Source: Candidatus Peregrinibacteria bacterium (GTDB lineage Bacteria > Patescibacteriota > Gracilibacteria > CAIRYL01). Taken from it: a stretch of 57,148 nucleotides of DNA. Below the pieces are notes generated by a model that had not been told where the DNA came from, did no database searches, and saw only the letters and a program-made list of their open reading frames with translations. The stretch covers positions 1 to 57,148 of the forward strand of contig JBAXIU010000001.1 of the NCBI GenBank assembly GCA_037138215.1. Direction: 5' to 3'. The position numbers were made by a program, and so were the translations under genes. The first letter of the stretch is position 1. Each line of letters begins with the position of its first letter. Shown in pieces: positions 27,535 to 38,483 of this stretch.

Positions 27535-28251
27535 ATGAAAAAATTAGATGTAGACCATTTTTTAAGTACCAAACAGGAGCCATCTCTCTTCATTATCGCT
27601 TCGCCCATTGGAAACCTCGCTGATTTCACATTTCGCGCGGTAGAAACATTAAAAATGGTAGATTATATTGCCTCGGAAGATACGCGTGTAACAGGATATT
27701 TGCTCAAGCATTACGGCATAGAAAAGAAAAATTCCATGATTTCGTTTCATGCGCAATCAGGCGATCGGTCACTGCAAAAAATTCTTGCTCTTCTTGCCGA
27801 AGGGAAATCCGTTGCGTATCTCTCTGATGCTGGAACACCGGGAATTTCGGATCCTGGAACACTGTTGGTAATGGCAGCAAAACAAGCGGGAGTGAAGGTT
27901 ATTCCTCTTCCTGGAGCCTGTGCCCTTACTACGGCACTTTGCGCGGGAGGGGTTGCAACCCACCGTTTCCAATTCTTTGGCTTTTTACCACATAAAAAAG
28001 GACGCCAAACACTTTTAAAAGATATTGCGCTGCTCTCCCATACTGCTGTTTTGTACGAATCCACACACCGGATTGAGAAGTTTTTAGGAGAGGTAAAAGA
28101 ATTTTTTCCCCTTAAAAAAATAGTCCTGGCCCGAGAGTTGACGAAAATTTACGAAGAATTTTTAACCGGGACAGCGGAAGAGCTTTTAGAAATACTGCAC
28201 ACCACCCCAGAAAAGAAAAAAGGAGAATTTGTGGTGTTGGTAGCGGAATAA
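27535..28251 (+). CDS. rsmI: 16S rRNA (cytidine1402-2'-O)-methyltransferase
   Basis: LFIIASPIGNLADFTFRAVETLKMVDYIASEDTR, SDAGTPGISDPG, YESTHR, and LARELTK blocks of RsmI. Confidence 0.9.
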   Translation: MKKLDVDHFLSTKQEPSLFIIASPIGNLADFTFRAVETLKMVDYIASEDTRVTGYLLKHYGIEKKNSMISFHAQSGDRSLQKILALLAEGKSVAYLSDAGTPGISDPGTLLVMAAKQAGVKVIPLPGACALTTALCAGGVATHRFQFFGFLPHKKGRQTLLKDIALLSHTAVLYESTHRIEKFLGEVKEFFPLKKIVLARELTKIYEEFLTGTAEELLEILHTTPEKKKGEFVVLVAE

Positions 28252-28283
28252 AAAAAACGAGCCTCTTGAAGGCTCGTTTTTTA
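28250..28283. terminator. Bidirectional intrinsic terminator between convergent genes
   Basis: acgagcc / ggctcgt stem flanked by an A-run (28250-28257) and a T-run (28277-28282). Confidence 0.75.
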
Positions 28284-28303
28284 AAACACAAGATAATGGA
28301 TTG

Positions 28304-28687
28304 TTATGCAAAAAATCCAATGTATACGCATCCAGCACTCATCAGAATTGCGACTGCACCAGCGATGGTTACAAAGTATTTACATTTCAGCATAAAAGTC
28401 GTCATTTTTTCTACGCCTTTAGGGCACATAATTAAAAATGCACCTTTAAGCACTCCTAACCATCCAAAAATGGTAATGGGAAGAAGGATGTTCCATTCCC
28501 ATGCATTTTGAAAGTGAAGAACAACGGTTCCCCATAAAAGGGCAATGATACCGCCTGCCAGAATGAATCCTTCGTTTTTTGCTATTTCTTGCATTACCTT
28601 TGTGTAGTGTTGGGGATGGAGTACGAGTCCGAGTCCGAGAACTCCGAAAAGCACGCCGTAAATTTGGAAAAACAGTTCAGCGGTCAT
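28304..28687 (-). CDS. Small integral membrane protein (4 TM), function unknown
   Basis: 127-aa ORF made of four hydrophobic helices. Ends at the shared terminator. Confidence 0.5.
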   Translation of the reverse strand: MTAELFFQIYGVLFGVLGLGLVLHPQHYTKVMQEIAKNEGFILAGGIIALLWGTVVLHFQNAWEWNILLPITIFGWLGVLKGAFLIMCPKGVEKMTTFMLKCKYFVTIAGAVAILMSAGCVYIGFFA

Positions 28688-28797
28688 AAAAAAAAGAAAA
28701 AGAACAGTGCTGAGAATACTCTCAAAACAGTAAAGTGCAAGATGATTTTCTCCCTTTTGGCTTTGTAATGCTTATTTTAGAGGGGAGTTTTTTATGT

Positions 28798-30744
<1,947 letters not shown>

Positions 30745-30855
30745 GGCATACCATGAATCGGTTAAAAATCTTCATGCCATGGTATCACACTCGTTGGTAA
30801 AAATCCAGATTTTATGCCTCCAAACTTCACTTTTAAAGTGGACCGCTTAAGGTTC

Positions 30856-30941
30856 CGTCATTGCGATGAGCGAAGCGAAGAAGCAATCCATGCTATGAAA
30901 CTGGATTGCCACGCCTCCTTTTAGTCAGCTCGAGAGTGACG
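30856..30941. repeat. ~86-bp imperfect palindromic element, family D copy 1
   Basis: cgtcattgcga...gcaatcc / ggattgc...ctcgagagtgacg. Shares both termini and the central gcaatcc/ggat(t/c)gc arms with 34915-34997 in the opposite orientation. Confidence 0.75.
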
Positions 30942-30951
30942 AGGATTCCTT

Positions 30952-32226
30952 CTATGCCCGTATAATCAGCGCATCGCTTTCCATTCCTACTCCAATATAT
31001 TTTATTTTTACGCCTGTTTCTACTTCTAAAAATGTGAGGAGATTTTGAGCCTCTTCGGGGAGGTCTTCAAATTTTCGTATATCGGATAAATCACTCTTCC
31101 AGCCTTTAAACTCTTGTACTACTGGTTTTACCCGTAAAAGAGTTCCAATATCCGCCGGAATGGCTTGTGTTTTTTCTCCGTCCAACTCGTACGCCACTAC
31201 AACCCCAATGGTTTCAAAATCTGCCAAAACATCCAACTTGGTAATATTCCAAGCCGTTGCGCCGTTCACTCGCACAAATCGTTTTAATGCCACTAAATCT
31301 ACCCATCCACATCGTCTGGGTCTTCCGGTGGTTGCCCCGTATTCGTGCCCTATTTCGCGCAGTTTTTCTCCATTATCGTTTAAGAGTTCGCTCACCAATG
31401 GTCCGCTTCCCACACGAGTAACATAGGCTTTGGCAACTCCAATAATTTCGGTAAATTTGTTGGGCGCAATTCCACTTCCGTGCGCTGCACCCGAAACGGT
31501 GGTATTAGACGAAGTCACAAATGGGTAAGTCCCATGATCAATATCCAGCATAAATCCTTGAGCCCCTTCCACGAGAATATTTCGTCCTTCTGCTTGGTAT
31601 TTTTCCAGTAAATCTTCGGTATCCACGATAATCTCTGAAAATTCCTCCGCGAGGTCTTGGTACTCTACCAAAAGGGCTTCAATATCAATCCCCAGTCCAT
31701 ATTGGGCATTTAGTGATTCGGCGTGTTCTCGTAATCGGTGCGCAAAGAGTGAAAAATCCGCTACTAATTCCCCCGCCCGTATCCCCATGCGGGAAACCTT
31801 ATCGGTATACGCGGGACCAATTCCTCTCCGCGTGGTTCCCACACATTCTTTTCCTTTTTTTTCTTCCTGAAGGCCATCAATCGCCTGGTGAAAATCAAAC
31901 AAAATATGCGCCCGGCTGCTGAGAAAAATACGGTTGTGCACAACAACACCTTTTTCGGCTAAATCGTGCATTTCATCTAACAGTGATGGAAGATGAACGA
32001 CACATCCGTTTCCGATAATTCCGATATTTTCCGGTTCTATAAGCCCCGACGGAAGGAGGTGAAATACATATTTTTTCCCATCTCGGTAAATGGTATGCCC
32101 GGCGTTGGCTCCTCCTCCGGTTCGGACAATAACAGAATGATCTTGGGAAAGCGCATCCACCAGTTTTCCTTTCCCTTCATCTCCCCATTGCGCGCCTAAA
32201 ACAACGGTAATGTTGGAAGTTTTCAT
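30952..32226 (-). CDS. purA: Adenylosuccinate synthetase
   Basis: MKTSNITVVLGAQWGDEGKGKLVD, GGANAGHT, GTTRRGIGPAY, and GATTGRPRRCGW. Start at ATG 32226, because the tracked extension overlaps the fumarase gene. Confidence 0.95.
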   Translation of the reverse strand: MKTSNITVVLGAQWGDEGKGKLVDALSQDHSVIVRTGGGANAGHTIYRDGKKYVFHLLPSGLIEPENIGIIGNGCVVHLPSLLDEMHDLAEKGVVVHNRIFLSSRAHILFDFHQAIDGLQEEKKGKECVGTTRRGIGPAYTDKVSRMGIRAGELVADFSLFAHRLREHAESLNAQYGLGIDIEALLVEYQDLAEEFSEIIVDTEDLLEKYQAEGRNILVEGAQGFMLDIDHGTYPFVTSSNTTVSGAAHGSGIAPNKFTEIIGVAKAYVTRVGSGPLVSELLNDNGEKLREIGHEYGATTGRPRRCGWVDLVALKRFVRVNGATAWNITKLDVLADFETIGVVVAYELDGEKTQAIPADIGTLLRVKPVVQEFKGWKSDLSDIRKFEDLPEEAQNLLTFLEVETGVKIKYIGVGMESDALIIRA

Positions 32227-32273
32227 GGAGAAATAAAAAAGCAAAAAAAGAGTGCCAAAAATGGGAAGAAATG

Positions 32274-33836
32274 TCACGGGTTTTCTCCCGCCTCCATAGT
32301 GACTACGCACAAAAAGTTTTTTACTTTGAGGTGCCACATGGCTTCGGGAACGCCAAACTCCTCTAAAAAATCCACTCCTTGCACTTCTTCAATCGCATTG
32401 GCGTAAAACGCCGCCGCGCCGCCAATGGCATGGAGATACACCGCGCCGTGTTGAGACAATGCTTTTTGTGTTTTTTCTCCCATTCCTCCTTTTCCAATAA
32501 CGGCTTTTATTCCTGTTTTTTGGATAAATTCGGCTTGATATGCTTCTTCTCGGATGGAAGTGGTGGGTCCGGCTGCCGTTATTTTCCAACGATTCTCTGA
32601 CAGGGGGTCATGACCCCCTGTTGCTCGAGAGATGGTATGACCCCTTGTTTCAAAATGGGTCGCTACTGGACCACAGTGGTATACTGCGCTTCCTTCCACA
32701 TTTTTAGGAAGAATGAGTCCTTTTTCCACGACTTGGGAGTGGAGCGTATCTCTTCCGGTAAATATCTCCCCATGCACCATCACTATGTCACCTATTTTTA
32801 AAGCGCGTATTTGGCTTTCTGTACAGGGAAAAGTGAGGGATTTTATTTTCTCGTGGTTCCCTTGCTTTAACAGGGGGTCATGACCCCCTGTTATTTCGGA
32901 CAGGTCATTCTTACCTTCAAGGACAGGTTTAAAACCTGTCCCTACACCACCACTCATTTCTTCTCTTTTTTCCGTCATTGGTAATTTGTCATTTGTCATT
33001 GATAATTCCACTGCCCCTCTTCTCATTGCCCAACAACTGTAGCTGACGGTTACAAAAAAGCTGGCGGGAAGACGATGCGAAGCCGAACATTTTACGCCCA
33101 AAAGTGTTGTTTTTCCTCCAAACCCCATGGGCCCAATACCGAGGGCATTGGTACGGGTAAGAATTTCTGTTTCTATTTCTCGCAGGGTTTCATCTGGATT
33201 TTCGAAAAAGAGGGGAAGGAGAAGATTTTTTTTGGCGTATGTATAACCACTTTCACGGTCTCCACCAATATGTACCCCTAAAATACCTGGCGCACAGCCT
33301 TTTCCTTGGGCATTTTTTACGATTTGGAGCACTGCACGAATAACTCCTTCCATGTCTCGTCCCGCTTTTCCAAGATCCGTTTCCATGGGGAGCGCCATTT
33401 GCCCCGAAACATTTTCCGATCCGCCCCCTTTGAGCAAGAGTTGAATCCGTATTTTGTCATCTGTGCTCTTTTCCCAGATTATTTTGGGGAATCCTTTTCC
33501 CATATTGGTTCCAGAATTTTTTCCCGTAAGACTGTCTACCGCATTGGGGCGCAAAATTCCTTCTTTTGTGGCTTCTTCCACTGCCCATAAAATATCGGTT
33601 TCTATCCTTTCTCTCTCAGGAGAAAGCGGAGCGGTAACAAAAAAAGTAGGAAATCCGGTATCTTGGCAAAGAGGAACCGTTTTTTCTTCTGCCAGTTTTA
33701 TATTTTGCTCAATAATGTCGAGCGAAAGTTCTGCCACACCCTGTTCTTGTAGCCTCGCTTGCAAAAGCGCCTCCCGAATGTCGTCTGGAAGAGTGGTAGA
33801 AACCCGCCGAATGAGATTGAGAATTTCTGTTTTCAT
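32274..33836 (-). CDS. Class I (Fe-S) fumarate hydratase, alpha and beta domains fused through a palindrome-encoded linker
   Basis: N-terminal half has CQDTGFP, LLLKGGGSEN, and GIGPMGFGGKTT (alpha/Fumerase). C-terminal half has GEIFTGRDTLH, AAGPTTS, GKGGMG, and AMW (beta/Fumerase_C). One uninterrupted 520-codon ORF. Confidence 0.85.
   Translation of the reverse strand: MKTEILNLIRRVSTTLPDDIREALLQARLQEQGVAELSLDIIEQNIKLAEEKTVPLCQDTGFPTFFVTAPLSPERERIETDILWAVEEATKEGILRPNAVDSLTGKNSGTNMGKGFPKIIWEKSTDDKIRIQLLLKGGGSENVSGQMALPMETDLGKAGRDMEGVIRAVLQIVKNAQGKGCAPGILGVHIGGDRESGYTYAKKNLLLPLFFENPDETLREIETEILTRTNALGIGPMGFGGKTTLLGVKCSASHRLPASFFVTVSYSCWAMRRGAVELSMTNDKLPMTEKREEMSGGVGTGFKPVLEGKNDLSEITGGHDPLLKQGNHEKIKSLTFPCTESQIRALKIGDIVMVHGEIFTGRDTLHSQVVEKGLILPKNVEGSAVYHCGPVATHFETRGHTISRATGGHDPLSENRWKITAAGPTTSIREEAYQAEFIQKTGIKAVIGKGGMGEKTQKALSQHGAVYLHAIGGAAAFYANAIEEVQGVDFLEEFGVPEAMWHLKVKNFLCVVTMEAGENP
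32600..32621. repeat. 22-bp perfect palindrome, family B copy 1 (inside the fumarase beta domain)
   Basis: acagggggtcatgaccccctgt, followed by half-site atgaccccttgt at 32637-32648. Translated in frame as ...ATGGHDPLS... Confidence 0.9.
32870..32891. repeat. 22-bp perfect palindrome, family B copy 2 (fumarase linker)
   Basis: Identical acagggggtcatgaccccctgt. Translated as ...ITGGHDPLL... Confidence 0.9.
32921..32945. repeat. Palindrome family C copy 1 (fumarase linker)
   Basis: ggacaggtttaaaacctgtcc + ctac. Translated as GTGFKPVL. Related copies at 35298-35356. Confidence 0.85.
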
Positions 33837-33945
33837 AAAAAGGAAGTGAGAGGATTATTTCATGATGAGGAAAAAAGCGGAAAGGAAAATTTGAGGAATT
33901 GGCATTCTCTTTTGCTATACTTTCATTACGATTTCTGCTCACCAA

Positions 33946-34821
33946 ATGGAGTCTTTCAACCTTATTATTCTCATTCTTTCGTTCCTTTCGTTCCCCTTTT
34001 TTATTCTTGTAGGGTGGTGGTTTTGGAAACAAAAAAACACGCGCATCGTTTCTGGATTTTTTATCGTGCTGTCGATTCTGTTTTTTTGGATGCGTTTTAT
34101 AGAGCCACAAATTATTATTACTCGTTCCCAAAGTGTCCCTTTACATACCGCACTCCGTATCGCCGTTATTTCGGATATTCATCTCGGGCTTTTTAAACAG
34201 GAAGATTTTTTAGAAGCGGTCGTAAAGAAGGTAAATGCCACCCATGCGGATATGCTTCTCATTGCGGGAGATTTTACTTTTTATCCGCAAAAGTCGGACC
34301 TTCCAAAACTTTTTTCACCGCTTAAAAACCTTACCATGCCCGTGTATGCTGTGTTGGGGAACCATGACACCGAACGCCCAGGAGAACCATTGCGCAAAGA
34401 GATGAAAGAGGTTCTCATCCAAAATAATGTCCGGCTTTTAGAAAATGAGATTCTCCGCCTGAAAGATATAACGCTTATAGGAATGGGGGACCGATGGGCA
34501 GGGGAACAAGGAGAAGATGATATATCTCTTTTATCCCAGGTTACGCCAGAAGAAAATGTGCTGGTTCTGGTGCATAACCCCGATAGTATTACAGATTTTC
34601 CCAATTCCAATGCGGATCTGACGGTTTCGGGGCATACCCATGGGGGGCAGATTCGTATTCCTTTGCTGTACAAAAAAGAGATTCCTACGAGAGGGGATTT
34701 TGATAAAGGGCTCACAATCGAAAAAAATACGACCCTCTTTATTACCAGTGGTGTGGGTGAAGTAGGCTTACCAATGAGATTTTTAAATTTTCCAGAAGTG
34801 GTGGTTTTAGAAGGAGTGTAA
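33946..34821 (+). CDS. Membrane-anchored metallophosphoesterase (calcineurin-like)
   Basis: Two N-terminal TM helices, then ISDIHLG, IAGDF, VLGNHD, and SGHTHGGQI metallophosphatase motifs. Confidence 0.85.
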   Translation: MESFNLIILILSFLSFPFFILVGWWFWKQKNTRIVSGFFIVLSILFFWMRFIEPQIIITRSQSVPLHTALRIAVISDIHLGLFKQEDFLEAVVKKVNATHADMLLIAGDFTFYPQKSDLPKLFSPLKNLTMPVYAVLGNHDTERPGEPLRKEMKEVLIQNNVRLLENEILRLKDITLIGMGDRWAGEQGEDDISLLSQVTPEENVLVLVHNPDSITDFPNSNADLTVSGHTHGGQIRIPLLYKKEIPTRGDFDKGLTIEKNTTLFITSGVGEVGLPMRFLNFPEVVVLEGV

Positions 34822-34829
34822 AATTTTTC

Positions 34830-34858
34830 TTGACCACTTCTTTTTAGCACTCTATAAT
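34830..34858 (+). promoter_or_regulatory. groESL promoter
   Basis: TTGACC (34830-34835), 17 nt, TATAAT (34853-34858). Confidence 0.8.
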
Positions 34859-34870
34859 AAGGAGTGCTAA
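34844..34870 (+). promoter_or_regulatory. CIRCE operator (HrcA binding site)
   Basis: TTAGCACTC-N9-GAGTGCTAA matches the CIRCE consensus perfectly. It overlaps the -10 box upstream of groES. Confidence 0.9.
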
Positions 34871-34914
34871 TTTTCGTCTTTGTGAACGGACGGAGAGAAT
34901 CAAATTCTTGTCTC

Positions 34915-34997
34915 CGTCACTCTCGAGGATGTATGACGAAGCAATCCTAATCTTTTTTTGGATCGCCACTCTCCATTGCATTTCGCTCGCGATGACG
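34915..34997. repeat. ~83-bp imperfect palindromic element, family D copy 2 (in the groES 5' leader)
   Basis: cgtcactctcgag...gcaatcc / ggatcgcc...tcgcgatgacg. Reverse-oriented relative of 30856-30941. Confidence 0.75.
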
Positions 34998-35020
34998 AAA
35001 AAACCTTTTACCCCTTTTTT

Positions 35021-35287
35021 ATGATGAAAATCGTTCCTCTCTTTGCACGAGTAGTTGTGGAGCCAGCAGAAAAAGAATCCACTACTTCTTTTGGCATTAT
35101 TCTCGCAGAGACCATGTCCAAAGAAAAACCCCAAAAAGGGAAAGTTATTGCGGTAGGACCTGATGCAAAAGCCGTAAAAGCAGGAGATACCGTCCTTTTT
35201 AAAAAGTATTCTCCCACCGAAATTGAAATAGAAGACAAAACATATTTCATTCTCGACGAAGAAGATTTGCTCGGAAAAATGGAATAA
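35021..35287 (+). CDS. groES: Co-chaperonin GroES
   Basis: MMKIVPLFARVVVEPAEKE...GIILAET...KGKVIAVGP...GDTVLF.KY. 88 aa. Confidence 0.95.
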   Translation: MMKIVPLFARVVVEPAEKESTTSFGIILAETMSKEKPQKGKVIAVGPDAKAVKAGDTVLFKKYSPTEIEIEDKTYFILDEEDLLGKME

Positions 35288-35297
35288 TTTCCTCATA

Positions 35298-37023
<1,726 letters not shown>

Positions 37024-37037
37024 TTTGTCCCACCGCC

Positions 37038-37065
37038 GTAGAGACGCATTGCAATGCGTCTCTAC
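37038..37065. repeat. 28-bp perfect palindrome, REP family A copy 1
   Basis: gtagagacgcattgcaatgcgtctctac, with a lone half-site attgcgtctctac at 37088-37100. Confidence 0.9.
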
Positions 37066-37114
37066 AAAAAAATTCAAAATGGAGAATATTGCGTCTCTAC
37101 AAACCCACAAAAAA

Positions 37115-37138
37115 ACACCGCATTGCGGTGTTTTTTTG
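37115..37138 (+). terminator. Intrinsic terminator of groESL
   Basis: acaccgca / tgcggtgt stem followed by T7. Confidence 0.8.
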
Positions 37139-37200
37139 TGGGTGACAGAAAACGGGGAATGGGGGAAAATGTGGGTACCAAACATTTTTCAATAAAAATT

Positions 37201-37809
37201 ATGGAAGTACCATACGAAGAAAAACTGGAAAAAATTAATGATTTTATTAATAAAACACTAGAAGAAACCAGTTGTGTTATTGAGCAATTAAACGGGAAAA
37301 AATGTATGCGAACTTTGGCGTTGCTATCCTTTGCACATATGGAAGTTTTTGCAAGTTATTGGTGTCTTTATAAAGGGAAAAAAGAAGATCACGGAGATAA
37401 AATTAAGGACTGGATAAATACTTTTTTTCTCACAGAAAAAAACATTTACATGGAAGAATCTCCACACTACAAAAATATAACTGACATAGAATTATATAAA
37501 ATAAGATGTAATACTGTTCATTTTTTCTCTCCCCGTCTCCCTGATAAGTTTCTTCCTAAAAGAATAGGAATAACGGAAGATGAAAGAAGTATGAATCCCA
37601 ACGATGCTAAAAATATTTTTGATTTCGGAACTATTCTGATATCCAATAGATCTTTACTTCTCTTGATATTAGAGGGTGCAAAGCTCATGTTAAATGCCTT
37701 ATTAGATAATAGTGATCCCAATCATATTCCAGGAATAGAAAGAATTTATAAAAAAATCAATGAAGAAGGAGGTGAACAAATAAATATTGATAATCATGCC
37801 AATTCATAA
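37201..37809 (+). CDS. Hypothetical protein (202 aa) bracketed by identical REP palindromes
   Basis: ATG 37201 (MEVPYEEKLEK...). A/T-rich relative to neighbours. Its stop overlaps the RAYT start by 14 nt. No motif recognised. Confidence 0.5.
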   Translation: MEVPYEEKLEKINDFINKTLEETSCVIEQLNGKKCMRTLALLSFAHMEVFASYWCLYKGKKEDHGDKIKDWINTFFLTEKNIYMEESPHYKNITDIELYKIRCNTVHFFSPRLPDKFLPKRIGITEDERSMNPNDAKNIFDFGTILISNRSLLLLILEGAKLMLNALLDNSDPNHIPGIERIYKKINEEGGEQINIDNHANS

Positions 37810-38476
37810 TGGATTTCAAATTCAACCGGCCCCCAACCGTAGAGACGCATTGCAATGCGTCTCTACAACCGAACCATCCGAAAAATTCCAAAATAAATAC
37901 CGTATTCCCTCCGCCCGCCTAAAAAATTACGATTATGGCGAGGACGGCGCATATTTTGTAACCATTTGTACCAAAAATCGGGAACCGTTTTTTGGAGAAA
38001 TAAAAAACGGGAAAATGCAATTATCAAAAATAGGGAAAATTATTGAGGAGGAATGGCAAAAAACGGTAGAAATACGAAAAAATATCACACTGGGCGAATG
38101 GGTGGTAATGCCGAATCATGTACATGGGATTATTTTTATTAACGGGAACAGTGACGGGGAAGGGTGTAGAGACGCGATTCATCGCGTCTCTGTAAAAAAC
38201 ACAGATGCGATTCATCGCAACACAGACGCCATAAATGGCGTCTCTACAAATGGCGGCATTACAAAAAACAATAACCCTATGTTACACGAAAATTTATCAA
38301 CCATTATAAGATGGTATAAAGGGCGTACAACATTTGAAATACGAAAATTTAATCCTGATTTTTCCTGGCAACCCCGATTTCATGACCATATCATTCGTAA
38401 TGAAACGGAATTAACCAAAATTTCTGAATATATTTTTCATAATCCACAAAACTGGGTACAAGACGATTATTTTTGA
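37796..38476 (+). CDS. REP-associated tyrosine transposase (RAYT), IS200/IS605 Y1 (HUH) family
   Basis: YRIPSARLKNYDYGEDGAYFVTICTKNREPFFG, the HUH motif in MPNHVHGIIFI, and C-terminal WQPRFHDHIIRNE..L..I.EYI..NP. REP palindromes lie inside the ORF. Confidence 0.8.
   Translation: MPIHNGFQIQPAPNRRDALQCVSTTEPSEKFQNKYRIPSARLKNYDYGEDGAYFVTICTKNREPFFGEIKNGKMQLSKIGKIIEEEWQKTVEIRKNITLGEWVVMPNHVHGIIFINGNSDGEGCRDAIHRVSVKNTDAIHRNTDAINGVSTNGGITKNNNPMLHENLSTIIRWYKGRTTFEIRKFNPDFSWQPRFHDHIIRNETELTKISEYIFHNPQNWVQDDYF
37839..37866. repeat. 28-bp perfect palindrome, REP family A copy 2 (in RAYT codons 15-24)
   Basis: Identical to 37038-37065. Translated RRDALQCVST. Confidence 0.9.
38165..38247. repeat. Three family A-like palindromes inside the RAYT ORF
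   Basis: tgtagagacgcgattcatcgcgtctctgta (38165-38194), degenerate acagatgcgattcatcgcaacaca (38201-38224), and agacgccataaatggcgtctctac (38224-38247). They lie between the HUH motif and the C-terminal catalytic region. Confidence 0.85.
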
Positions 38477-38483
38477 TTTTTTT

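Noticed and set aside
32227-32337. N-terminal extensions offered by the ORF track. Examples are purA to 32337, groEL from 35329, groES from 34958, rplQ from 26059, pdxT from 52871, GATase from 22382, dedA to 49219, L25 to 15441 and rnc to 10801.
   Set aside because: In each case an internal ATG reproduces the conserved family N-terminus. The extension overlaps a neighbouring gene, tRNA or palindromic repeat.
32274-33836. The fumarase ORF could be two genes (alpha, beta) with an intergenic REP, or a pseudogene.
   Set aside because: There is no stop codon anywhere in the 520 codons, and both domains keep their conserved motifs. It is therefore annotated as one fused CDS. Internal Met codons in the linker mean that separate beta translation cannot be excluded.
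33709-34196. ORFs 33709-34131 (-) and 33759-34196 (+) across the fumarase/phosphoesterase intergenic region.
   Set aside because: They overlap the ends of two well-supported genes, and their translations are low-complexity. No independent support exists.
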